In this document: piece after piece, positions 37,530-46,318 of the stretch
Layout of the letters: each line of letters begins with the position of its first letter
Position numbering within the stretch: position 1 is the first letter of the stretch
Source: Acidobacteriota bacterium
GTDB taxonomy: Bacteria > Acidobacteriota > CAIWXX01
DNA length: 64,000 nucleotides
Assembly: GCA_040755995.1 (NCBI GenBank)
Contig: JBFMAF010000004.1
Span: forward strand, 32,001-96,000
Reading direction: 5' to 3'
The notes under the pieces: model-generated
Told to the model about the DNA's origin: nothing
The model's input: the letters and a program-made list of their open reading frames with translations, nothing else
The model's database searches: none
Position numbers and translations under genes: made by a program

Positions 37530-39005
37530 ATGCTGATGAGATGTGTTGTGGCGCTTCTCGTACTACTCGGAATCGCTCAGCCAGCGGGTGCTGAGCCGCC
37601 GTTCTCGCGCAGCCGGTGGATCGAAGAGAACATGGGAAGGCTCAGGTTCTCGGGCGGAGTCCTCCCGACCGAGCGAATCCGAGTACCACCGGCTTCGCTG
37701 CTTGCGCTTCCGGCTGCCGCCGGGCTCCCGAATTTCCGCGTGAGCTTCGACATCGTGCAGGGACCGCACGGCAACGGACAGCCGGAGACGCAGGCCGAGC
37801 CGCACGTCGCGATCAACCCGGCGAACCTAAATCATCTGCTGGGCGGCTATCAGGAGGTCCGATTCGACACCGGCGGGGCCCGCGCGCTCGTCTATGCATA
37901 CAGCACGGACGGCGGGCGCAAGTGGAAGGAGGCCATGGTGCCCGGGCTGACCACCGCGTCGGGCGGCCGCTTCGATCGGGCGAGCGACCCTTGGGTGGCA
38001 TTCGGCCCGGACAACCGCGCCTACTTCGTCTGCATCGCCTTCAACGAAACCAACGCGAGAAACGGAGTGTACCTGAGCGTGTCGAAGAACGGCGGCAAGA
38101 CGTTCGGGGCGCCGGTGACGGTTCACGAGAACAACTCGATCGCTTATTTCGACGACAAGGAATCGATGGTCGTCGACACGAGCTCCACCAGCCCATACCG
38201 TGGATACGTCTATGTCGGGTGGGACGACGCGGGAACCGGCACGATGTACGTAAGCCGATCCACCAATGGAGGCGCCGATTTCCAGACCCCCGTCGTCGTG
38301 GACACCAACGGTTCGCCTATCGCCATCGTCATGGTTGTCGCTCCCAGCGGCTACGTGTACGCCTTCTGGTATCGGTCGATCGAGCTCAGGCCGGCTGAGA
38401 TCGTGTGCTCTAGATCCACCGACGGAGGGGCGATCTGGAGCGCTCCGCGGCGCGTCGCCGAGGATCGCGCCACGGGGGTGCCCGAGCTGCGCACCGGCGA
38501 CATCGTGCCGATGGCGGCGGTGGATGCGCGGACCGGGGCCCTGTACGTTGTCTGGCAGGACGCGAGATGGACACCTGGGGTTGACCAGGTACTGCTCTCC
38601 CGCTCCACCAATGCGGCCGCGTCCTGGAGCACCCCGGTGCGAGTCTCCGACGGCCCCAACGACGCGGCAAACTTCACTGCCGCAGTCGCGGTGTCAGGAG
38701 AAGGCAAGGTGGGAGTGTGCTACTACTCCTTGCGGAATGATCCGGCGCGGAGATACCTGGTGGACGAGTACATGGCGATATCATCGGACAAGGGAAAAAC
38801 GTTCGGCGCCGGCAGACGCGTGAGCAAGGCGACGTTTGATGTGCGCCTGGCGGCCCAGGCGCGCGGCTACTTCCTCGGCGATTACCAGGGAATCGCGGCA
38901 GGCGCCAGGGTGTTCCATCCGTTCTTCGTCGCCACGCTCAGGAATTCTGTCGAGGAACCATCGCACAAGCAGCCGGACACATTCGCATCGAGAGTGATCC
39001 CGTAG
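37530..39005 (+). CDS. Secreted BNR/Asp-box (sialidase-family) protein
   Basis: Signal peptide and repeated SxD/NGGxTW/F Asp boxes; C-terminal FLGDYQG. Confidence 0.88.
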   Translation: MLMRCVVALLVLLGIAQPAGAEPPFSRSRWIEENMGRLRFSGGVLPTERIRVPPASLLALPAAAGLPNFRVSFDIVQGPHGNGQPETQAEPHVAINPANLNHLLGGYQEVRFDTGGARALVYAYSTDGGRKWKEAMVPGLTTASGGRFDRASDPWVAFGPDNRAYFVCIAFNETNARNGVYLSVSKNGGKTFGAPVTVHENNSIAYFDDKESMVVDTSSTSPYRGYVYVGWDDAGTGTMYVSRSTNGGADFQTPVVVDTNGSPIAIVMVVAPSGYVYAFWYRSIELRPAEIVCSRSTDGGAIWSAPRRVAEDRATGVPELRTGDIVPMAAVDARTGALYVVWQDARWTPGVDQVLLSRSTNAAASWSTPVRVSDGPNDAANFTAAVAVSGEGKVGVCYYSLRNDPARRYLVDEYMAISSDKGKTFGAGRRVSKATFDVRLAAQARGYFLGDYQGIAAGARVFHPFFVATLRNSVEEPSHKQPDTFASRVIP

Positions 39006-39236
39006 GCCGTCGCGCGCGCGTGCAAAGCCCGGATCCGGTGCCGTCCAAGTTGTGGGGTCCCACCAGAGGCAAGGGCGGTGAGCAAGACGCAGAAGGGTTG
39101 CTGCGCTTGACTGAGGTGCATTCGTAGCCAGGCGTGATGGGGCGTGCGAGGACACACGCCCGCTTTCGGCGGCCAATTACACGAGCCGCGCCGCCGGCTG
39201 GTTGTGGAGCGGGAGTGGAGGTGGTCGAGCTCGCTG

Positions 39237-39554
39237 CTAGGGGATAGCCCGTTCGACGCTGGCAGCCGGGCCTCTCTTCTGCTGCTGGTAGCAACTCGAG
39301 CAGTAGACGGGCCTGCCCTGGGTCGGCTTGAACGGGACCGTGGTTTCCTTGCCGCAGGAAGCGCAAACAGCCGTGGTTCTCACCTTGTCTCGCTTGGCGG
39401 TGTCGGTGCGGGTCCCGCGCACAGCCTTGCACTCCTTGCAGCGTTTCGGTTCGTTCTGGAAGTTCTTCTCGGCGTAGAAGAGCTGTTCGCCTGCGGTGAA
39501 GATGAACGGTTTCCCGCACTCGACACACGTCAGCGTCTTGTCCCTGTATTCCAT
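39237..39554 (-). CDS. Zinc-ribbon CxxC-x17-CxxC domain protein
   Basis: DKTLTCVECG..F.FT.GEQ.FY, PKRC..C, CASCG..PFKP..GRPVYC..C. Confidence 0.93.
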   Translation of the reverse strand: MEYRDKTLTCVECGKPFIFTAGEQLFYAEKNFQNEPKRCKECKAVRGTRTDTAKRDKVRTTAVCASCGKETTVPFKPTQGRPVYCSSCYQQQKRGPAASVERAIP

Positions 39555-39577
39555 CCTCGATGCTCCTTGGGTACGAT

Positions 39578-39775
39578 CTACTCGGCCTCGCGCCGCTGCT
39601 TCTTCCGGCTGCGCTTCCGTGCGAGTGCCTGTTTCACCCTTTTCTTCTCACCAGGCTTCAAGTAGTACGAATGTCTCTTGATCTCCTTGATGATGTCCTC
39701 TTGTTGGACTTTCCTCTTGAATCTCCGGAGAGCGTTCTCGATGCTCTCGCCCTCCATCAGCTTAACTTCCGCCAA
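39578..39775 (-). CDS. rpsU: 30S ribosomal protein S21
   Basis: GESIENALRRFKRK...YYLKPGEKKR; RBS AAGGAGGT before TTG. Confidence 0.97.
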   Translation of the reverse strand: MAEVKLMEGESIENALRRFKRKVQQEDIIKEIKRHSYYLKPGEKKRVKQALARKRSRKKQRREAE

Positions 39776-40038
39776 ACGCTAACACCTCCTTGAACTCACC
39801 GCTTCGAAACGAAGCTTATAGATAGTATGGATGTGATGAAGGTGTCAAGTCGCCTGGTCTGCCTGTCGCCGTCACAGTAGTGCGGGCATGCGGTGTCGGC
39901 CGGGTCGGCGGGGCGGATTGGGATTTCTTCGCGCCTCACGTCGACATCCACCTCCACGAATGCGGACACAGCGGGGGCTCTTGCGGAGCCGGCCGAAACA
40001 TAGCAGAATCCGTGTGCATGCGAGGAAGGGGGACAGGA

Positions 40039-40620
40039 ATGAGCGCGGCGACTCGGAGGAAGTTGGCGAAGGTCAGCCACCATTTCAGGGAGATCATCAA
40101 GGCGCTGGATTTGGATCTCCAGGATCAGAACCTGACGGACACGCACAAGCGGGTGGCACAGCTCTATCTCGAGATGTTCCAGGGACTCGAAGAGGGCAGC
40201 GCGCCCCGGTTCACCACGTTCCCTAACAAAGAACGGTACTCGAGCATGGTGTTCGTCAAGGATATTCCATTCTACTCGATGTGCGCACACCACTTCGTGC
40301 CGTTCTATGGCAAAGCGCACATGGGGTACATCCCGAAGGACAGAATCCTGGGGATCAGCAAGCTGGCGCGCCTGCTCGAGTTCTACGCCAAACGCCCGCA
40401 GGTGCAGGAACGGCTGACGGAGCAGTGCGTGGACTACCTCTGGAACACCCTGAAACCGCTAGGGGCGATGGTCGTAATCGAAGCGCACCACCTCTGCATG
40501 GAGATGCGAGGCGTGAAGAAGCCCGGGAGCATAACGGTCACGTCCGCCATTCGCGGATGCTTCGAGGAGAAGGAGGTGCGCGAGGAGTTCCTGGATCTGC
40601 TGGACCGCCCGTCATGGTGA
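40039..40620 (+). CDS. folE: GTP cyclohydrolase I
   Basis: SMCAHHFVPF, GISKLAR, RPQVQERL, HLCMEMRG. Confidence 0.96.
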   Translation: MSAATRRKLAKVSHHFREIIKALDLDLQDQNLTDTHKRVAQLYLEMFQGLEEGSAPRFTTFPNKERYSSMVFVKDIPFYSMCAHHFVPFYGKAHMGYIPKDRILGISKLARLLEFYAKRPQVQERLTEQCVDYLWNTLKPLGAMVVIEAHHLCMEMRGVKKPGSITVTSAIRGCFEEKEVREEFLDLLDRPSW

Positions 40621-40723
40621 GCATCCGGCTTCGTATGACCACCGGCCGCGGGTGTCCGGCGATTGCCACTACCTTCTTCAGCAACCGGAAGCCAGCCGGC
40701 GTCTTGTACCGCTGGGACTGAAC

Positions 40724-41545
40724 ATGATCGGCTCGACGCCCGTCGTCCGTCTGGAACGGAAATTCTTCTTCGAGGCATCGCACCGTCTGTTCGTGCCGTC
40801 GCTCACCGAGGACGAGAACAGGGCCCTCTTCGGGCGCCGCGCCGGCCGGTTCGGCCACGGGCACAACTACGAGGGCTCGGTCACAGCGATCGGACCCATC
40901 GATCCACGGACCGAGTTCCTCGTCAACATCGCGGATCTGGACCGAGAGATACGCGCCGTCGCCAAGACCGTGGATCACAAGTATCTCAATCTCGATGTCG
41001 AAGGCTTGCGAGGCTCCAACCCCACCTGCGAGCAGCTGGCGCAGTATCTGTTCGAATGCTTCGCGACGCGGCTGCCGGTGGAACGGCTGGAGCTGATCGA
41101 GGACGTTACTACTACTGTAGAGTATTTTGGGGAGGGGTGTCCCATGCTGGTGACCCGCTGCTTCACGTTCAGCGCAGCCCATCGGTTGCAGTCCGCGCGG
41201 CTGTCAAAGGAGGAGAACGAGGCCGTATTCGGCAAGTGCAACAACCCGTACGGACACGGGCATGACTACCGGATCGAGGTCACCGTCGAGGGGTCGCCGG
41301 ATCCGGTAACCGGCCTGGTCGCGCCGTTGGGCGCTGTGGAGGCCGTGGTCGACCGCGAGGTGGTCGAGCCGATGGACTGCCGGCACCTGAACGAGGAAGT
41401 CGAAGAGTTCCGGACGCTCAATCCTACCAGCGAGAACCTGGCCGTCGTCATCTGGAACAGGCTCGACGGGAGGCTTCCGGCGAAGCTCCACCGCGTCCGC
41501 CTCTGGGAGACGCGCAAGAGCTGCTTCGAGTACCGCGGCGAATAG
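40724..41545 (+). CDS. Tandem-domain 6-pyruvoyl-tetrahydropterin/6-carboxytetrahydropterin synthase (COG0720)
   Basis: Two repeats of FxAxHRL...HGHxY...NPTxExLA; the second domain has C-X5-HGH. Confidence 0.92.
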   Translation: MIGSTPVVRLERKFFFEASHRLFVPSLTEDENRALFGRRAGRFGHGHNYEGSVTAIGPIDPRTEFLVNIADLDREIRAVAKTVDHKYLNLDVEGLRGSNPTCEQLAQYLFECFATRLPVERLELIEDVTTTVEYFGEGCPMLVTRCFTFSAAHRLQSARLSKEENEAVFGKCNNPYGHGHDYRIEVTVEGSPDPVTGLVAPLGAVEAVVDREVVEPMDCRHLNEEVEEFRTLNPTSENLAVVIWNRLDGRLPAKLHRVRLWETRKSCFEYRGE

Positions 41546-41597
41546 CCGCGTCCCTCTGCGAGGCCCGCGACGACTCGCTACGGGTATTCTCCCCGCG

Positions 41598-43658
41598 TCA
41601 GGGTGTCTCCGCGCCTGCGGAGAGAAAGGCGCCCAGCCATCGCCGGTCACGCGATGCCGGATCGCGATCCGAGGGCCGGAATCCGTCGGGTATCTTGTAC
41701 ACAATCTCGAATGCGCTGGCTCTGTCGCCCTGGTCCATGTGGAGCGGCAGGGTGAGAATCCCGGATGAATCGGGGAAGAACTCGCGGCCGTCGCATGTGA
41801 TGACCAGGCCGCCGCGGTCTTGGACACGAAGCACGATCTCCGTCATCGACGCACTTGGGACCATCCACGCACGCCCCGAGACCGAGCCTCTCAGCCACAA
41901 CCCGCCCGGCTCGACGTAAGCGTCTGCGCCGTCCAGAAGCTGGATCTCGACCGAGCCGAGCCTCGCCGTCTGGTAGACCTTGGGCCACGCGGCGGTCCAG
42001 ACCAGCCAGGCAAAGACGGTCGCGAACGCTGCGAGGCTCAGGCCGCCGGTTGCACCGGCTGTGGAACCGCGGCGGGCAGTCAGCAGCAACGCCGCCAGAC
42101 AGACCAGGACGATAGCCGTATTCCGCCACTCGACGACGCCCGCTGTCGTCAGCACCGGGAGGTAGTCGCTGAGCTTGAAGAAGGGGGTGTCGAAGTAGAA
42201 CGCGAGATTGCTGACCTCGCGACTCTCGGTGTAGATCAAGTTGTGGTAGAAGAGCGGGGCGGCCGCCAGGGTCGCGCACGCCAGCACACCGGTGCTCAGC
42301 AGCAGCAGCGTGCGTGTATAGACGTTTCGCCAATCCACCAGGCCGGCGGCCAACGGCAGGGAGGCCAGGGGGAGCAGCGGGAGCACCGGGCGGCCCGGCG
42401 GGCAGAACCCGCCCATGTAATTGGTGTATGAGTAGAGGCCGAGGTGGAGCGCAGCCGGGAGAAGCACGACGACGTAGCGGCGCCGTTCTGTGGCGCGCGC
42501 CATCGCAACGGCTCCGAGAAGCGCGATGACGAGCGCGGGCGAGTAAAACAGGACTCCGCCCTTCTGGTCCACCAGGTCGGCAAGCAGCGTTTGCGGCATG
42601 TAACGGAGCTTCTCCAATGTGTCGTGGGAGAAGTACCGTACGATGTTCTCGACAGGAGACTCCTTGGCCGCCACGGCGCGACCTCCGGCCGCCGCCGCCG
42701 GCGAGAACGAGCCGTAGAACACCCAGAGGAACATCTCGTAGGCGAGCAGGCTCGGGGTGGCCGCCAGGACGACCGCACCAATGGCGCGGGCGCCCCGGCG
42801 CCACGCGCGGAGGCGGCGGCAGTCCCACACTGCCTGGCCAACCAGTGCCAGCATCATTCCGAGCATCATCGCGTTGAACTTGACGCCGAACCAGGGGAGA
42901 AGCGAGGCCGTCGCCGAACAGACCGCCCACCGGGTAGGTGTCGAGAACATGAAAAGGAGGAAGACCGCGAAAAGGAGCGCGACGCCGGTCTCCGGGTAGA
43001 CGAGGCCTGCGTAGTTCAGGATCGGCGGTGAGAGGGCCGTCAGCGATGCGACTCCCAGCGCGAGCCGTCGATCGACGGAGAGGGTGCGGAGGAGCAGGAA
43101 GAGCGCCGCGGCGAGCGTGGCGGCCACAATGGCCATGCCCAGCCGTATGGCGGCTACCAGCTTCGTCCCGCCGCCGAGGATACTACCCATGTAGTAAAAT
43201 GGAACCAGCCAGACCGACACCGCCACCCCGTGCACAGGATAGCCGGCTGCGTCGCGCCCTCGTGTCGTGCGCTGAAAGAGCTTTCCCGGGTAGAAATCCA
43301 GGTAGTCCCGGCGGGCGAAGTTGTTCTTCAGGCGGATGTCGCCGTCGCGGATGATGCTGGCGGTGGCCATCAGGTAGTTGGGCTCGTCGCCGGTGAACTC
43401 GCGAGTCTCGCCGAAGAGGCCGAGTGATGCTGCCGTGTAGATCGCGTAGGAGAGTATGGCGAGGGCCGCCGCTGCGTTTCGATCGCGGACCGCGCCCAGA
43501 CGGTCGAATGGCAGCCGATCGCGCCACAATACGATCAGGGCGACGGCGGACAGCGCGAGAGTCCATCCGAAGGTGCTGTAGAAAAGCAGCCGCGACCAGA
43601 ATGGATAGCTCGCAAGCGGCAGGAGAGCCAATCCGGTCTTCAGATAGTTCGCTCTCAT
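41598..43658 (-). CDS. Polytopic membrane protein, GT-C glycosyltransferase-like
   Basis: TGDEPNY in the first loop, many TM helices, YPE and GVLFYSP motifs. Confidence 0.7.
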   Translation of the reverse strand: MRANYLKTGLALLPLASYPFWSRLLFYSTFGWTLALSAVALIVLWRDRLPFDRLGAVRDRNAAAALAILSYAIYTAASLGLFGETREFTGDEPNYLMATASIIRDGDIRLKNNFARRDYLDFYPGKLFQRTTRGRDAAGYPVHGVAVSVWLVPFYYMGSILGGGTKLVAAIRLGMAIVAATLAAALFLLLRTLSVDRRLALGVASLTALSPPILNYAGLVYPETGVALLFAVFLLFMFSTPTRWAVCSATASLLPWFGVKFNAMMLGMMLALVGQAVWDCRRLRAWRRGARAIGAVVLAATPSLLAYEMFLWVFYGSFSPAAAAGGRAVAAKESPVENIVRYFSHDTLEKLRYMPQTLLADLVDQKGGVLFYSPALVIALLGAVAMARATERRRYVVVLLPAALHLGLYSYTNYMGGFCPPGRPVLPLLPLASLPLAAGLVDWRNVYTRTLLLLSTGVLACATLAAAPLFYHNLIYTESREVSNLAFYFDTPFFKLSDYLPVLTTAGVVEWRNTAIVLVCLAALLLTARRGSTAGATGGLSLAAFATVFAWLVWTAAWPKVYQTARLGSVEIQLLDGADAYVEPGGLWLRGSVSGRAWMVPSASMTEIVLRVQDRGGLVITCDGREFFPDSSGILTLPLHMDQGDRASAFEIVYKIPDGFRPSDRDPASRDRRWLGAFLSAGAETP

Positions 43659-44072
43659 CCTGTGAAGTGTATTGCACAGAGGGGCGCGGTGTGAAGTGCC
43701 GAACTTAGCCGGTTGCATTGCCTCCGGCTCGACCACGGGCATCGCGATCGCTTCTCTCTCCGATCAAGGCGTGCGAACGCGCACGACAGGGCGTAGAGTT
43801 GTGTGGCTTTGAGTCCGGAATGCTCGGGGCGGAAGACATGTGAAGATTGAGCCGACCTGTTGAAGCGGCGCGTCAGCGTCACACCTGGGCTGTCCACTCT
43901 CCACTCTCTACTCTTCCTTCGAGGCCTCGCCTCGCTGACTGTTGAAGGCCGTCTCGCGGTTCTGGTATATTTCCCGAGCGCAGATGTGCCGACGGGAAGG
44001 AGGGCCTGCGGCGGACGGAGTCTGGTGTGTTGGAGGTCCTGGGCAGCAGGCTGCTCAGACTCCGCGGGAATC

Positions 44073-44576
44073 ATGAGCAACAACATCTACCTGGTGGGTC
44101 CGATGGCGGCCGGCAAGACGACGGTGGGCAAGCTGCTCAGCCGTGAGCTTGGCTGGGGATTCGTGGATCTGGATTGCCTGGTAGAGAAGGGGACTGGGCA
44201 TTCGGTGACCGAGATCTTCCGGGCTGAGGGTGAGGGGCGGTTTCGGTCGCTGGAGAAGGAGGCGCTGGTGGAGGCTGCATCGCGCAGCCAGCTCGTGGTG
44301 GCGCTGGGAAGCGGCACGTTCGTGGACCCGGAGAACCGCGCGATCGCGATGGCCACGGGGCCCTGCGTCTTCCTCGACGCGCCTCTGGAGAAGATACTCG
44401 AGCGGGCGCGCGAGCACGAGAGCCGCCCGCTGAGTGCCGGGATCGAGGACTTGAAGCGCATCATCGAATTCCGCCGGGCCTCATACATTCTGGCCGACAT
44501 CCACGTGGACGCCGGCGCGAGTCCCGAAAGGGTTGTCGAGGCGATTCTCGAGAAAGTCGGGAAGGCGCGGGGATGA
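44073..44576 (+). CDS. aroK: Shikimate kinase
   Basis: NIYLVGPMAAGKTTVG, FVDLD, EGEGRFRSLE, RPL. Confidence 0.94.
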   Translation: MSNNIYLVGPMAAGKTTVGKLLSRELGWGFVDLDCLVEKGTGHSVTEIFRAEGEGRFRSLEKEALVEAASRSQLVVALGSGTFVDPENRAIAMATGPCVFLDAPLEKILERAREHESRPLSAGIEDLKRIIEFRRASYILADIHVDAGASPERVVEAILEKVGKARG

Positions 44577-45316
44577 GGTATCTGATCTTCAGCGACATCC
44601 ACTCCAATTTGGAGGCGTTGGAGGCGATGTTGGCCTGGTCGAAGCGGAAGAGGATCGACAAGTACGTGATGCTGGGGGATCTCGTGGGCTACGCCGCCTC
44701 TCCGAACCAGGTGGTGAGCCTCGTGCGGAAGCTACGCCCGCTGGAGATCATCCGGGGCAACCACGACAAGGTTGCCGCGGGTGTGGAGAGCGGGGAGGAT
44801 TTCAACGCCGCGGCCCTGCGCGCCGCCACCTGGACCAACGGGAAGCTGACGAAGCCCAACCTGGGCTTCCTCCGTGATCTATCGAGGGGGCCTCGGACGG
44901 TCGACGGACGGTTCGTGATCTGTCACGGCACCCCGTTCGACGAAGACGCGTACATGTTCAGCGAATACGACGCGATGCAGGCCTTTGCTTCCTTCGATGG
45001 TGAGATCTGCTTCTTCGGGCACACCCACATCCCGAGGATCTACGTTCAGAACGGCTCGGGCGGCATCGGGTTTGCGCCGATACTGGGCGATGAGTCGCGG
45101 ATCGAGCTGCAGAATGGGTATCGATACTTGATCAACCCGGGCTCGGTCGGCCAGCCGCGGGACAGAAACCCCAAGATCTCGTTTGCGGTCTTCGACGGCG
45201 ACAGGCGTACGCTGACGGTGTATCGGCGTCCGTACTCGATTGAGCGCGCGCAGTTCAAGATCGAGCGGGCGGCGCTGCCGCAGGTGCTCTCGGCGCGGCT
45301 CAGCGTAGGCGTCTGA
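44573..45316 (+). CDS. Metallophosphoesterase
   Basis: SDIHSN, GDLVGY, GNHD, GHTH, NPGSVGQPRD. Confidence 0.95.
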   Translation: MRYLIFSDIHSNLEALEAMLAWSKRKRIDKYVMLGDLVGYAASPNQVVSLVRKLRPLEIIRGNHDKVAAGVESGEDFNAAALRAATWTNGKLTKPNLGFLRDLSRGPRTVDGRFVICHGTPFDEDAYMFSEYDAMQAFASFDGEICFFGHTHIPRIYVQNGSGGIGFAPILGDESRIELQNGYRYLINPGSVGQPRDRNPKISFAVFDGDRRTLTVYRRPYSIERAQFKIERAALPQVLSARLSVGV

Positions 45317-45413
45317 GCGGCCCGGCGATTCTCGCCCGGCGGTACAAACGCGGCAGAGCATCGCCGCCGAATCGGGGAAACCAGTTGGGGCGAATGTCGA
45401 GACGGGGTGGCGA

Positions 45414-45578
45414 CTACTCCTCCTCGTCTCCGAAGAAGAAGAGGTCAGCGCAGATCTTGGAGCAGAACAGGCGCCCGTGGCGGTTGACCTGGCAATCCTC
45501 GCAGAAGAACTTGAAGCAGATGGGGCACTTCATCAGGCGCACTTCTTCGTCCGTTTTCTGACAGGTGACGCATTCCAT
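45414..45578 (-). CDS. Small Cys-rich zinc-finger protein (54 aa)
   Basis: CxxC...CxxC-x4-CxxC...CxxxC, acidic tail, RBS AAAGGGGA. Confidence 0.75.
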   Translation of the reverse strand: MECVTCQKTDEEVRLMKCPICFKFFCEDCQVNRHGRLFCSKICADLFFFGDEEE

Positions 45579-45660
45579 CGCTTGTCCCCTTTTTGGTGTA
45601 ATATAGCATAGCGCCCGGGCCGCTGCACGACTAGAAAGGGAGAGGACTTCTGACTGCGTC

Positions 45661-46131
45661 ATGAAGAAGAACGGTGGGGATCTCAAGGTGCTCGCCACCA
45701 ACCGCAAGGCCCATCACGATTATTTCATCCTGGAGACTTACGAGGCCGGCATGGCGCTGCTGGGCACCGAGGTCAAGAGCGCGCGGGAGGGGAAGATCAA
45801 TCTCAAGGAAGCCTTCTGTGCCGCGCAGAGGGGCGAGCTGTTCCTCGAGAACTGCCACATCAGCCCTTACGGCCACGGCGGCTACCAGAACCACGATCCT
45901 CTCCGCCTCCGCAAGCTGCTGCTGCACAAGAGGGAGATCACCAAGCTCGCATCCAAGATCGCCGAAAGGGGGCTGACCATAGTCCCGTTGCGGGCGTACG
46001 TGAAGGACGGCAGGGTCAAGCTTGAGATCGGTCTGGCCAAAGGAAAGAAGTCGTGGGACAAGCGCGAGGACATCAAGCGGCGCGAGACGGATCGAGAGAT
46101 ACGCCGCGGAGCCAAGGACGTGGAGCGGTGA
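45661..46131 (+). CDS. smpB: SsrA-binding protein
   Basis: NRKAHHDY, EAG..L.GTEVKS, RKLLLHKREI, GKK.WDKRE. Confidence 0.97.
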   Translation: MKKNGGDLKVLATNRKAHHDYFILETYEAGMALLGTEVKSAREGKINLKEAFCAAQRGELFLENCHISPYGHGGYQNHDPLRLRKLLLHKREITKLASKIAERGLTIVPLRAYVKDGRVKLEIGLAKGKKSWDKREDIKRRETDREIRRGAKDVER

Positions 46132-46318
46132 GGGTGCTAGACTTCCGGCGCAATGCGAGGGACGCGGTGACGCGGAGAGTGGGAGACGCGGAGAGTGGCG
46201 AGTGGTCTCGCTGCCTGTCCGGGTGCTCGCCTCTGGCTGGCGGTCTAGTGGGGGCGGTCGGACCGGGCGTCGCGGAGCTGGTCGAGTGTAGTTACAAGAA
46301 ACACGTGGAGGGTGGCAT

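Noticed and set aside
39006..39236. Hairpin-rich gap between convergent genes as an ncRNA
   Set aside because: The stems are compatible with terminators; no known RNA family features recognised.
39800..40038. preQ1 or folate riboswitch upstream of folE
   Set aside because: No matching consensus motif seen.
46132..46318. Possible tmRNA after smpB
   Set aside because: Only about 190 bp, with no tRNA-like ends or tag ORF; contains only short GACGCGG/GAGTGG repeats.
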